64,000 nucleotides of DNA from NCBI GenBank assembly GCA_041661685.1, contig JBAZTY010000003.1, forward strand, positions 69,550 through 133,549, written 5' to 3'. The notes under the pieces are model-generated. The model worked only from the letters and a program-made list of their open reading frames with translations. It did not search any database and had not been told where the DNA came from. Positions 36,408 to 45,735 of this stretch are shown here, piece by piece. The stretch comes from Patescibacteria group bacterium (GTDB lineage: Bacteria; Patescibacteriota; Patescibacteriia; Patescibacteriales; UBA12465). Within the stretch, counting starts at the first letter, position 1. The number at the start of each line of letters is the position of its first letter. A program made the translations under genes and the position numbers.

Positions 36408-38843
36408 TTATTTAACGACAATATTTAATAATTTTCCCGGCACAAAAATGTTTTTCACGATTTCCTTCCCTTCCAGCCATTTTTTCACATTGATATTCTC
36501 CTGTGCTAAAACCAAAGCCTCAACTTCTTTAATATCAGCTTCAACCTCGATAGTCGCGCGCGCTTTTCCATTAACGGATATGACTAGATTAGCCATCTTA
36601 TCCTTGATCAATTCCGGATCATACGCCGGCCAAGGAGATTTGAAGATGCTGTCCTTATGGCCGAACTTCTCCCAGATTTCTTCCGCCAGATGAGGGGCGA
36701 AAGGCGATAATATCTGCCATAAATGCAAGAAATTTTCCTGACTGATAGCCGAATGTCCTGACTGGTTATTGTAGTCAGTCAATTTATTCACCAAGATCAT
36801 CAGAGCGGAGATAGCCGTATTGAAATTGAATTTCTCGATATCTTCCCCGACTTTCTTGATTGTCTTATGAAGCAGCGACAGCGATTCCTCGTCTTCTGTC
36901 GATGGCGCGACAAAAGCGGCGGCCAGCCGATCTATCTTATCCAGAAATTTGCGCGCGCCCGTCAGTCCGTTAGTATTCCAGGCGATCGCCTGCTCAAACG
37001 GACCCATGAACATCTCATAAACCCGGAGAGCGTCGGCGCCATGGCTGGCGGCGATATCGTCGGGATTGATAACATTGCCCCAGCGCTTAGACATCTTGCG
37101 GCCGTCTTCACCCATGACCAAGCCGACGTGCCTTAATTTAGTGAAAGGCTCTTCATAATTGACCGCGCCGATATCGAATAAGAATTTATGCCAGAAACGG
37201 GCATAGATGAGATGGCGCGTCGCGTGTTCGGCGCCGCCGACATAAAAGTCTACCGGCGACCAATATTTTTCCAATTTCTTATCGACTAATTCCCGATCAT
37301 TTTTCGGATCGATATACCTCAGATAATACCAGCAAGAACCGCCCCATTGCGGCATAGTATTGGTTTCTCGTTGCGCTGGTCCGCCGCATTTCGGGCATTT
37401 AACATTGACCCAATCAGTTATCGCTGCCAGAGGCGATTCGCCCGTTCCGGTCGGTTCATAGCTTTTCACTTCCGGCAAAACGACCGGCAATTCGCTTTCC
37501 GGTACCGGTACGACGCCACATTTGGCGCAATGGATCATCGGAATCGGCTCGCCCCAATAGCGCTGGCGGGAGAAGACCCAATCTTTGATCTTATAATTTA
37601 TCTTTTTGGCGCCTTTATTATTATTTGCGAGCCAAGCCGTCATCTTAAGGCGGGCGGAAACGGAATCAAGCCCAGAAAATTCTCCAGATGACAAAAGAAC
37701 GCCGTCATCCGCATAGCAAGACTCGGTCGATTCATCTCGCGGGTTAGATAACGGGGCAACTGATTTTCTAATCGACAGATCATATTTCTGCGCGAACTCC
37801 CAATCTCTCTCATCATGCGCCGGCACAGCCATAACCGCGCCCGTCCCGTATAAATTTAAAACATAATCGGCAATAAATACCGGGACTTCTTCATTATTAA
37901 AAGGATTGACGGCCACGATCCCCTTTAAGACGACGCCGGACTTTTCCTTGTTCAGGTCGGTTCTTTGCAGATCGGTCTTATTTTTTGTTTCCGCCAAATA
38001 TTTTTCTACTTCCGGCCAATTCTTTATCTTATCTTTCAAATCCGCGACTAATTCATTTTCCGGCGCGAGCACGATGTAAGTGCAGCCGAAGATAGTATCG
38101 ACACGCGTCGTAAAGACTTTAATCATCTTGTCGGCGCCAGAGATAGCGAAGTTTATTTCCGCGCCCTCGCTCCGGCCGATCCAGTTCCGCTGCATTTCCT
38201 TGATCGTCTCTTCCCATTCCGGTAATTTTTCCAAATCATCCAAAAGACGCTGCGCATAATCAGTGATGCGGATGACCCATTGGCGCATCGGCTTCTGCTC
38301 GACGACGCTGCCGCAGCGTTCACAGAGGCCGTCTTCTAAATCTTCATTGGCTAGCCCAGTCTTGCAAGACGGACACCAATTTATCGGCTCATATGATTCA
38401 TACGCTAGGCCTTTCTTCCACATCTGGATGAAAGTCCATTGCGTCCATTTATAATATTGCGGATCAATCGTACTTATCTCCCTATCCCAATCATAGGAAA
38501 GGCCGATCATATTAATCTGCCGCTTATAAGTCGCGATATTCTCTTCCGTCGCCTGCCGCGGATGAAGCTTATTCTTGATAGCATAATTCTCGGCCGGTAA
38601 ACCGAAAGCGTCCCAACCCATAGGGTGAAGGACGTTATAGCCTTGCATGCGCTTCTGACGGGCAAAGATATCGGTCGCGATATAGCCTTTCGGATGGCCG
38701 ACGTGCAGGCCTGTCCCGGACGGATATGGAAACATATCCAAAACATAGTATTTCGGCCTGCCTTTGGCCTCACCGGTCTTATGCGCCCCGGTCTCGGCCC
38801 AGATTTTCTGCCATTTCTTCTCTATTTCTTGATGATTATACAT
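36408..38843 (-). CDS. leuS: Leucyl-tRNA synthetase
   Basis: 811 aa. HVGHP (HIGH-type) motif near the N-terminus, KMSKRWGN (KMSKS) motif, and the typical LeuS editing-domain insertion. Confidence 0.9.
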   Translation of the reverse strand: MYNHQEIEKKWQKIWAETGAHKTGEAKGRPKYYVLDMFPYPSGTGLHVGHPKGYIATDIFARQKRMQGYNVLHPMGWDAFGLPAENYAIKNKLHPRQATEENIATYKRQINMIGLSYDWDREISTIDPQYYKWTQWTFIQMWKKGLAYESYEPINWCPSCKTGLANEDLEDGLCERCGSVVEQKPMRQWVIRITDYAQRLLDDLEKLPEWEETIKEMQRNWIGRSEGAEINFAISGADKMIKVFTTRVDTIFGCTYIVLAPENELVADLKDKIKNWPEVEKYLAETKNKTDLQRTDLNKEKSGVVLKGIVAVNPFNNEEVPVFIADYVLNLYGTGAVMAVPAHDERDWEFAQKYDLSIRKSVAPLSNPRDESTESCYADDGVLLSSGEFSGLDSVSARLKMTAWLANNNKGAKKINYKIKDWVFSRQRYWGEPIPMIHCAKCGVVPVPESELPVVLPEVKSYEPTGTGESPLAAITDWVNVKCPKCGGPAQRETNTMPQWGGSCWYYLRYIDPKNDRELVDKKLEKYWSPVDFYVGGAEHATRHLIYARFWHKFLFDIGAVNYEEPFTKLRHVGLVMGEDGRKMSKRWGNVINPDDIAASHGADALRVYEMFMGPFEQAIAWNTNGLTGARKFLDKIDRLAAAFVAPSTEDEESLSLLHKTIKKVGEDIEKFNFNTAISALMILVNKLTDYNNQSGHSAISQENFLHLWQILSPFAPHLAEEIWEKFGHKDSIFKSPWPAYDPELIKDKMANLVISVNGKARATIEVEADIKEVEALVLAQENINVKKWLEGKEIVKNIFVPGKLLNIVVK

Positions 38844-38909
38844 ATATTTTACCTTCTGCTATAATATTAATGTCAAAGCCCGTCTTAATAGTTAGCAACC
38901 GACACAAGA

Positions 38910-38946
38910 CTCAAAAACTTTCCGCCCCTCGGCGGATTGTTTTTTT
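38910..38946. terminator. Bidirectional terminator 3' of xth (copy 2 of the repeated element)
   Basis: CCGCC-cctc-GGCGG hairpin with flanking CAAAAAC and ATTGTTTTTTTT. Confidence 0.55.
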
Positions 38947-39728
38947 TATGACAATTCCAATACGATAGGCGCGTGGTCGGAACCGGTTATTTTATCTAAG
39001 ATATAAGCTTTTTTCAGGCTTCTTCTAAGTTTAGCGGACACGCAGAAATAGTCAATCCGCCAGCCGATATTCCGCACGCGGGCGTTCATCCGGAAGCTCC
39101 ACCAAGAATATTGAACTTTCCGGCCATTTTTCTCTCTAAAAGTATCGACAAAGCCGGCTTGCAAAAGTTTAGTCATCCAGTCGCGTTCTTCCGGCGTAAA
39201 ACCGGCGCTGCCTTCGTTCTCTTTCGGTCGTGCCAAGTCGATTTCTTCATGGGCGACATTAAAATCGCCGGTGATAACGACTGGTTTAGACTTTTCTAAT
39301 TTTTTAATATATTTCAGCAAAGTTTCATTGAACTCCAGCTTATAGCCCAAACGCGATAATTCATGATTAGAATTAGGAAAATAAACGTTCAACAAGAATA
39401 ATTTTCCAGTTTCCAGGGTCTGAACGCGGCCCTCCTTATCGAATTTGGCCAAGCCGAAACCGTTCTTGACGCTCTTAATTTTCAAGCCTTTCGCTCCGCC
39501 TAAACCCTCGCGGGCTAAGATGGCCGTGCCGCTATAGCCCGGACGTTCAGCGCTATTCCAATATTCCGTATAACCGGCAAAATCGAATTCTGTCAGCAAG
39601 CGCGCGGAATCGGAAATCTTTATCTCCTGCAAGCATAAGATATCCGGTTTTTCGGATCGTAAAAAATCTTTAAAACCCTTCTTGGCGACCGCTCTGATTC
39701 CGTTAACATTCCAGGAGATTATTTTCAT
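38946..39728 (-). CDS. xth: Exodeoxyribonuclease III (AP endonuclease)
   Basis: 260 aa. MKIISWNVNGIRA...LCLQEIK N-terminus and the conserved C-terminal SDHAPI motif. Confidence 0.85.
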   Translation of the reverse strand: MKIISWNVNGIRAVAKKGFKDFLRSEKPDILCLQEIKISDSARLLTEFDFAGYTEYWNSAERPGYSGTAILAREGLGGAKGLKIKSVKNGFGLAKFDKEGRVQTLETGKLFLLNVYFPNSNHELSRLGYKLEFNETLLKYIKKLEKSKPVVITGDFNVAHEEIDLARPKENEGSAGFTPEERDWMTKLLQAGFVDTFREKNGRKVQYSWWSFRMNARVRNIGWRIDYFCVSAKLRRSLKKAYILDKITGSDHAPIVLELS

Positions 39729-39734
39729 AGATTA

Positions 39735-39743
39735 TGATATAAT
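39735..39743 (+). promoter_or_regulatory. Extended -10 promoter element (TGaTATAAT) upstream of the DsbA-like/por operon
   Basis: TG-n-TATAAT at 39735-39743, about 50 nt upstream of the proposed start at 39793. Confidence 0.35.
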
Positions 39744-39792
39744 ACAATTATACTGGAAACAGCGCTTAGTTTCAATTTTTTATAATAATCAT

Positions 39793-40539
39793 ATGGGTTT
39801 AGAAGAACGAGTGAAGTACGCGGCCATGAAGGCGCGGCACAAAAAATTATTGCTTCCTTGGTATAAGAAATGGTGGGGTATAGTCATTATGGTCTTGGCC
39901 GGATTATTGCTCATAATCCTGACCATTTCCAGTCTTTACGTGATCAGCAAAGCCAAAGAGATTATCGCTGGGCAGAACCAAGGAGTGACTGAGCAGGACT
40001 ATAAGATTTACGCGCAGAATATCAAAGGAGACGGCACTAATTTTTTTATCGGCACGACTACGCCGCAAGCAACTATCGTAGAATTTGGAGATTTCGCCTG
40101 CCCCTATTCTAAGGAATCATACCTCGCCATCAAGCAAGTCCTGGCCGATTATCCGGATAAAATAAAAATAGTCTGGCGCGATTATCTGCGCAATGAAGAT
40201 TCTATCGATCTCGCGGTCGCGGCTCGCTGCGCCGGCGCTCAAGGAAAATTCTGGGAAATGCACGATAAGCTGTTCGAAGACCAAGAAAATCTAACGACAG
40301 CCGATGAAGCGCGCTTGAATCGTTTAGTGGCTCTCGCCGTCAGTCTAGGGATGAACGATACGGAGTTCGCGACTTGTCTGACTAATCGCGATGATTTAGC
40401 AAAAATCCAGAAAGATTACGAAGACGGTAACACTCTGGCGATTATCGGCACTCCGACTTGGTTCGTCAATAACTATCCTATCTCTGGCGCCCTAACTCTT
40501 GATAAATTCAAGGAGTTATTGAGCGGCATCATTAAATAA
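39793..40539 (+). CDS. DsbA-like thioredoxin-fold protein with a CxxS (CPYS) active-site motif; N-terminal membrane anchor
   Basis: ORF 39682..40539; start placed at the internal MGLEERVKY to avoid a 46-nt antisense overlap with xth. TM helix WWGIVIMVLAGLLLIILTI, then a DsbA-like domain with FGDFACPYS. Confidence 0.6.
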   Translation: MGLEERVKYAAMKARHKKLLLPWYKKWWGIVIMVLAGLLLIILTISSLYVISKAKEIIAGQNQGVTEQDYKIYAQNIKGDGTNFFIGTTTPQATIVEFGDFACPYSKESYLAIKQVLADYPDKIKIVWRDYLRNEDSIDLAVAARCAGAQGKFWEMHDKLFEDQENLTTADEARLNRLVALAVSLGMNDTEFATCLTNRDDLAKIQKDYEDGNTLAIIGTPTWFVNNYPISGALTLDKFKELLSGIIK

Positions 40540-40559
40540 TTAGAGAACTATCAAATAAT

Positions 40560-41105
40560 ATGGAACAGATCCGCATACATGGACGCGGCGGGCAAGGCGT
40601 CGTCACGGCCGCCGAGCTTATCGCTATTGCCGCTTTTTATGAGGGGAAAGAAGCACAGGCCTTCCCTAATTTCGGCGTGGAACGAACGGGTGCGCCGATC
40701 CAATCCTACGCGCGCATCTCTGATGCGCGCATCGTGACGCGCGAGCAGATTTCTGAGCCGACCGTACTGATCATCCAGGATGCGACCTTATTAGACACGG
40801 TCGACGTCTTCTCTGGCAGCACGCCGGAAACCGTCGTCATCATCAACGCGCCGGAAAATAAATGGCCGGAACTCAATAAGAGATTTAAACATTTATATTT
40901 TACGCCGGCGACTGAAATTGCCATGAGAATATTCGGCAAGAATATTATCAACACTGTTATCCTCGGCGCTTTTGCCAAACACACGAAATTAGTCAGCCTT
41001 GATTCTCTGAAAAAAGCGGTTACAGAAAAATTCGGCGATAAGGGCGCGGCGATAATCGAAAAGAATATCCAAGCGATTACCGAGGATTACGAAAGAGCAG
41101 AATAA
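40560..41105 (+). CDS. porC: Pyruvate/2-oxoacid:ferredoxin oxidoreductase gamma subunit
   Basis: 181 aa. MEQIRIHGRGGQGVVTAAELIA is the typical POR gamma N-terminus. Confidence 0.85.
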   Translation: MEQIRIHGRGGQGVVTAAELIAIAAFYEGKEAQAFPNFGVERTGAPIQSYARISDARIVTREQISEPTVLIIQDATLLDTVDVFSGSTPETVVIINAPENKWPELNKRFKHLYFTPATEIAMRIFGKNIINTVILGAFAKHTKLVSLDSLKKAVTEKFGDKGAAIIEKNIQAITEDYERAE

Positions 41106-41132
41106 TCTAAGCTGGAATAGATCTAAAATGAT

Positions 41133-41411
41133 ATGAAAAATAAAAAGATAAATCTTATAACCCAGCCGAATACGACTCTAGCCAACAAGACCGGAGCTTG
41201 GCGCACGGAAAAACCGATTACCGATTTATCGGCCTGCATCGGCTGTTCTTTATGCGCGAAAATCTGCCCCGAGGGCTGCATCGAAATGGAAAAGAGCGTC
41301 GCTCATGGCGATAAGCTCAAGCCGGAGACGGATTATGACTACTGCAAAGGCTGCGGTCTCTGCGCCCATGAATGCCCGGTCAAGGCAATTAAGATGATCA
41401 AAGATTATTAA
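41133..41411 (+). CDS. porD: Pyruvate:ferredoxin oxidoreductase delta subunit (2x[4Fe-4S] ferredoxin)
   Basis: 92 aa with two CxxCxxCxxxCP clusters (CIGCSLCAKICP and CKGCGLCAHECP). Confidence 0.85.
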   Translation: MKNKKINLITQPNTTLANKTGAWRTEKPITDLSACIGCSLCAKICPEGCIEMEKSVAHGDKLKPETDYDYCKGCGLCAHECPVKAIKMIKDY

Positions 41412-41412
41412 T

Positions 41413-42609
41413 ATGACAAAAAAAAATCATAAACAAATACTAGAAGGCTCGCACGCCATTGCGCTCGTGGTCAAAAACATCGGCCCGGCGGTCGTGTCCG
41501 CTTATCCGATCACGCCGCAGACCCATATCGTCGAGGATCTCGCCAAAATAAAAGCCGACGGTCAAGCCGATTATGAATATGTCCGCGCCGAAAGCGAATT
41601 TGCGGCCGCTTCGATCATCCTCGGAGCGAGCGCCGCCGGTTCTCGCGTCTATAGCGCGACTAGTTCCCAGGGCTTATTGCTCATGGCTGAAGTCGTTTAT
41701 AATATTTCAGGCATGCGCCTGCCGATAGTCATGACGACCGCCAACCGCGCAATTTCAGGTCCGATCAATATCTGGAACGACCACAGCGACGTGATGGCTG
41801 TCCGCGATGCCGGCTGGATCCAATTATTCGCGGCCAATCATCAAGAGGCGGTTAACGCTCATATCCTCGCTTATAAGCTGGCCGAAAAATTAAGCCTACC
41901 GGTAATGGTCAATGTCGACGGCTTTATTTTGACTCACTCTTATGAATCAGTTATCATCCCCGAGCCGGAAAAGATAAAAGAATTTTTACCGGCCTACCAG
42001 CCGGAAAATGGGACTTATCTCGATCCTAAAAATCCGGTCACGCTCGGCGCTTTCTTTACCCCGGCAGATTATATGGAAACACGTGAAGCCTTGCATGTTG
42101 ATTTGTTAGCTAGCCTAGAGACGATCAAGAAAGAATATAAATTATTCCAAAAGATATTTAAAGACGAAACTAAATTAGCGGAAGTGTCTAATCAAAAAGA
42201 TATTTTTGACGACGGTCTGGCAGAATATTACGGCCCGGCTAAGCCGGAGACTATTCTGGTCGCGCTCGGATCGATGAACGGCACGATCCTCGAAACTATC
42301 AAGGATATAAAAAACGTCGGACTCTTAAAAATAAAAGTCTATCGCCCCTTCCCTGTCGAAACGATCAATAAAATCATCATTCGCGCCAAGAATATCGCCG
42401 TCATCGAAAAAGCGATTAATTTCGGCCAGACTGGTCCGCTCTATTCCGATATTAAGTCTGGGCTGAGCGGCGCAGAAGCGAAGAATCTGAATATCACAAA
42501 TTACGTCGTCGGTCTCGGCGGCCGCGACGTCACTAAGAAGATGATCCAGAAAATAATTAAGAAGGCCTCGCGCCGCGACCAGGCAGTAGAGTTCATTGGC
42601 CATAACTAA
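41413..42609 (+). CDS. porA: Pyruvate:ferredoxin oxidoreductase alpha subunit
   Basis: 398 aa. Typical PorA N-terminal domain (YPITPQT...) and length. Confidence 0.85.
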   Translation: MTKKNHKQILEGSHAIALVVKNIGPAVVSAYPITPQTHIVEDLAKIKADGQADYEYVRAESEFAAASIILGASAAGSRVYSATSSQGLLLMAEVVYNISGMRLPIVMTTANRAISGPINIWNDHSDVMAVRDAGWIQLFAANHQEAVNAHILAYKLAEKLSLPVMVNVDGFILTHSYESVIIPEPEKIKEFLPAYQPENGTYLDPKNPVTLGAFFTPADYMETREALHVDLLASLETIKKEYKLFQKIFKDETKLAEVSNQKDIFDDGLAEYYGPAKPETILVALGSMNGTILETIKDIKNVGLLKIKVYRPFPVETINKIIIRAKNIAVIEKAINFGQTGPLYSDIKSGLSGAEAKNLNITNYVVGLGGRDVTKKMIQKIIKKASRRDQAVEFIGHN

Positions 42610-42621
42610 TAATTTTGCTAT

Positions 42622-43587
42622 ATGAAAGTAAAAAGACCAAAAATATTAGGGGCTATGAAGATATCTTTCTTCATCGCTCTTTGCCTACAGCTAACGATAT
42701 CTTTCGCTTTAGCGGCTTGGCCGACCAAGGTCTCAGCGCAAATTAACCCCCAACCTTTACAATTTGAACCACAAATTCAGATTCCTAATTCCGCTTTCAG
42801 CGCCACTTCTGTCTCTGTGGCCACTCTCGACACTAAAACTGGAATGTTTAATAGCGACCTACTCGCTAAATATATCCAGGCTTTTTATAACTATGGGATG
42901 GCGGTCGTCGGAATATTAGCGGCGATAGTGCTTATGGCCGGAGGCGTCCTCTGGCTCACTTCCGGCGGTGATTCCGGAAAAGTCGGCCAGGCTAAAGAAC
43001 TAATCATCGGCAGTATCGTCGGCACGGGCATCCTGTTCAGTTCTTGGATAATATTAAACACAGTTAATCCAGAACTTTTAAAATTTAAACCGATTAAGAC
43101 GCTGTCTGTACAGCAAAGAATGTTCGGCGACACGGTCTGTTGTGATCAAGACGCAGGGGAAAAAAGATTTGTTTTAACCACTAACAAAGACGGAAAAAGA
43201 GTTTATGCTTCTGACCCAAGCAAATTATTTCTAGGTTGTAACGATGCCTTTGGAAAACCTGAAATTTCACTTGGAACTAGAGAATGCCCCACTTCTGGTG
43301 CAACCACCGCCTGTCTCTACACTTCTGATGGCCTTCTAGAGTCAGGAACATATAAATGTGTTGATACTAGCGATATCTGCTGTCAATGTAGAACCACTCT
43401 TTTAGGTGTTATTACGTCTGCTTCATGTTATGATCACGCTAAATCTATGCAGGATTGCGAAGATTGGTGTCATCTTGGCTGGGGTTACGCCATAGTTGGA
43501 ATTGGCTACCAAACGCTTGACTACCCCGGAGAATATACCTGCGGTTCAAGGGCTACTTACAATTATTGTTCCGCGCCTCAATATTAA
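42622..43587 (+). CDS. Secreted Cys-rich protein with a VirB2/TrbC-like two-helix membrane hairpin (paralog 1), inserted between porA and porB
   Basis: 321 aa. Signal peptide; conserved block YIQAFYNYGMAVVGILAAIVLMAGGVLWLTSGGDSGKVGQAKELIIGSIVGTGILFSSWIIL (helix, Gly/Lys loop, helix). C-terminal region of about 150 aa with about 14 Cys. Confidence 0.5.
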   Translation: MKVKRPKILGAMKISFFIALCLQLTISFALAAWPTKVSAQINPQPLQFEPQIQIPNSAFSATSVSVATLDTKTGMFNSDLLAKYIQAFYNYGMAVVGILAAIVLMAGGVLWLTSGGDSGKVGQAKELIIGSIVGTGILFSSWIILNTVNPELLKFKPIKTLSVQQRMFGDTVCCDQDAGEKRFVLTTNKDGKRVYASDPSKLFLGCNDAFGKPEISLGTRECPTSGATTACLYTSDGLLESGTYKCVDTSDICCQCRTTLLGVITSASCYDHAKSMQDCEDWCHLGWGYAIVGIGYQTLDYPGEYTCGSRATYNYCSAPQY

Positions 43588-43599
43588 AATTTAATAAAT

Positions 43600-44478
43600 A
43601 TGATAGAGAATACTAAATCAAAAAAATTCCTTGCTCCCGGACATAATGCCTGTGCCGGTTGCGGCCAATTATCAGCGGCTCAATCAGTGATGAGGGGCTT
43701 GAATGAAAACGTCATTATTGCTAATGCTACCGGTTGCTTAGAAGTGACGACGACCGCTTATCCGCAAAGTTCCTGGGGCCTGCCGTTCATCCATTCTCTT
43801 TTTGAAAATGCGGCCGCAGTCGCGTCCGGAATCCTGGCATCTCTAAAACAAAAAGGCGATACAAAAACTAAAGTCGTCGTTCAAGCCGGCGACGGCGGAA
43901 CGTTCGATATCGGCATCGGGCTGGTCAGCGGCATGTGGGAACGCGGCGAGAACATCTTATATATCTGCTATGACACCGAAGCTTATTCTAATACCGGCTA
44001 TCAAGCTTCCGGCAGCACCCCTTACGGCGCCAATACGACGACGACGCCGAACGGTTCCGCTTCCGTCGGATCAACTCAAAGAAAAAAAGACATGCTAGGA
44101 ATAGCTTTAGCCCATGGCTTAAGATATGTCGCCCAGACGACCGCCGGCTTTCCTGATGATATCACTAATAAGGTCAAAAAAGCTTTGACCATTGAGGGTC
44201 CGAGCTATATTCAGATCCTCTGCCCTTGCATCCCTTACTGGAAAATACAAAATGACCAAGCGATCTCAATGGGAAAACTAGCTGCTCAAACCGCTCTTTA
44301 CCCTCTCTTAGAATATATTGACGGTCGATTAGTTTCTTCCAGCATCAAAGAAGGCTTCCAAGTTAAGCCAGCCGCAGAATACTTGAAGAGCCAGGGGCGT
44401 TTCAAGCATCTCAAAGACGAAGATATCGCTTTGATAGAAAAGATCGGGAGCGAAAATATCACTAAATATAAAATATGA
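43600..44478 (+). CDS. porB: Pyruvate:ferredoxin oxidoreductase beta subunit (TPP-binding)
   Basis: 292 aa. GHNACAGCGQ...ATGCLEV and a TPP-binding GDGG motif. Confidence 0.85.
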   Translation: MIENTKSKKFLAPGHNACAGCGQLSAAQSVMRGLNENVIIANATGCLEVTTTAYPQSSWGLPFIHSLFENAAAVASGILASLKQKGDTKTKVVVQAGDGGTFDIGIGLVSGMWERGENILYICYDTEAYSNTGYQASGSTPYGANTTTTPNGSASVGSTQRKKDMLGIALAHGLRYVAQTTAGFPDDITNKVKKALTIEGPSYIQILCPCIPYWKIQNDQAISMGKLAAQTALYPLLEYIDGRLVSSSIKEGFQVKPAAEYLKSQGRFKHLKDEDIALIEKIGSENITKYKI

Positions 44479-45716
44479 AGAGAACTAAAAATCTTATTTT
44501 AATAATAAGCTCGTTCTTCGTTCTTTTACCTTTGTTTTCGGTCAGAGCGGCTGATAATTGTTTTTGGTCAATAATCGTGAATTCTTCTCCAAAAAGCTCG
44601 GAATCGATGTGCGACGCTCCGGGCGAATCTTATTTTTTCGCAGACAGCTCCGGCATAAGCTGCGAAGGAAAGGAAAAAGAAACTTATGATAAAATTTGCT
44701 GCTGCCAAATTAAGGACAGGCCAGGCCAATGCTTAATCAGCCAAAAATGTCCCAATGATTTACCTTGCATCGACGGTTATTGCAAAGAACCGATTGTTAA
44801 TTCTGTGCCAGTTACTCAAACAGCAAAATTTGTAATGCCGATACTACAAATTAAAATTCCGGGCTTAGAAGAATTCAACAATAATGAATTATGTACAAAG
44901 GATGGCCGTTGCGGAATTCCTTGGCTCGCACAATACATCAGGGCAATCTATAATTACGCTATCGCGGTTGCCGGCATATTGGCCGCCATCGTTCTAATGG
45001 CTGGCGGAGTAATCTGGCTAATCTCTGGTGGCGATTCTTCTAAAGTGACTCAAGCCAAAGAATTGATATTCGGGAGCATTAGCGGCTTAGTAATTTTAGC
45101 CTCCTCATATATCCTCTTAACTCAAATAAACCCCGACTTGGTCACCCTTAAAACAATCGATTTAATCCAAGTCCGCAGACTTGATTTTCTCCAAAACGGC
45201 AGTGAAAGTTTTTCTAATTCCTCCAACCGCAGACCATGCCCGACAGATAACAATCTGGTTTCTATCTCTAATATAGTTAGCAGCTCTGCTAGCGACCCCC
45301 GGCTCGACCCGAGAGACGCGGAAGGATTAAAAAAAGCCGTCGCTATTGCCGACCAACAAAAAGTAAAACTACAGGTGACTTCTGCTTTCCGGAGCTATGA
45401 CCTGCAAAAAACCTTATGGGATGCAGCTTTAAAAAATAACAACAACGACGTAGCCAAAGCCGGTTTATATGTGGCGCCACCGACTCAATGCGAAGGGCTT
45501 AACTGCTATGGCCATTGCGCCGGAGCAGCAATTGATGTCTGTATCGCTGGTAGCGTTTCCTGTTCCCATATCGGCGGAAATGAAAACGCTAAGTACAGCG
45601 ATGATGACGTTATAAAACTGGAAAAAATTATGCAATTAGCCGGCTGGACCAGATATTGCAACGAATGGTGGCATTATCAATATAGCCTAACCCCCGGTAT
45701 TGCCTGCTCTCCATAA
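44475..45716 (+). CDS. Secreted Cys-rich protein (paralog 2): VirB2/TrbC-like membrane hairpin fused to a C-terminal peptidase M15 (VanY-like D,D-carboxypeptidase/LAS) domain
   Basis: 413 aa. Signal peptide, a 12-Cys N-terminal region, and a hairpin block about 65% identical to paralog 1 (YIRAIYNYAIAVAGILAAIVLMAGGVIWLISGGDSSKVTQAKELIFGSISGLVILASSYILL). C-terminal motifs SAFRSYDLQ, HCAGAAIDV and NEWWH match the Zn-ligand motifs of M15 peptidases. Confidence 0.55.
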   Translation: MKRTKNLILIISSFFVLLPLFSVRAADNCFWSIIVNSSPKSSESMCDAPGESYFFADSSGISCEGKEKETYDKICCCQIKDRPGQCLISQKCPNDLPCIDGYCKEPIVNSVPVTQTAKFVMPILQIKIPGLEEFNNNELCTKDGRCGIPWLAQYIRAIYNYAIAVAGILAAIVLMAGGVIWLISGGDSSKVTQAKELIFGSISGLVILASSYILLTQINPDLVTLKTIDLIQVRRLDFLQNGSESFSNSSNRRPCPTDNNLVSISNIVSSSASDPRLDPRDAEGLKKAVAIADQQKVKLQVTSAFRSYDLQKTLWDAALKNNNNDVAKAGLYVAPPTQCEGLNCYGHCAGAAIDVCIAGSVSCSHIGGNENAKYSDDDVIKLEKIMQLAGWTRYCNEWWHYQYSLTPGIACSP

Positions 45717-45735
45717 TTATCAAATTTTCCCTTTT

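Noticed and set aside
36138-36410. tmRNA (ssrA) in the rsmA-leuS spacer, suggested by the tRNA-like T arm
   Set aside because: The spacer is only about 270 nt. There is no tmRNA 5' half, pseudoknots or tag-reading-frame resume codon. Only a single tRNA-sized element is present.
38856-38864. Plus-strand TGcTATAAT extended -10 element upstream of leuS
   Set aside because: It is oriented away from leuS and there is no plus-strand gene for about 900 nt downstream. It is probably a chance AT-rich match, although the true leuS promoter in this spacer was not resolved.
39682-39792. Extended N-terminus of the DsbA-like ORF overlapping xth antisense by 46 nt
   Set aside because: The upstream Met gives an implausible non-hydrophobic extension and an antisense overlap. 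The internal Met at 39793 sits downstream of an extended -10 element and starts right before the TM anchor.
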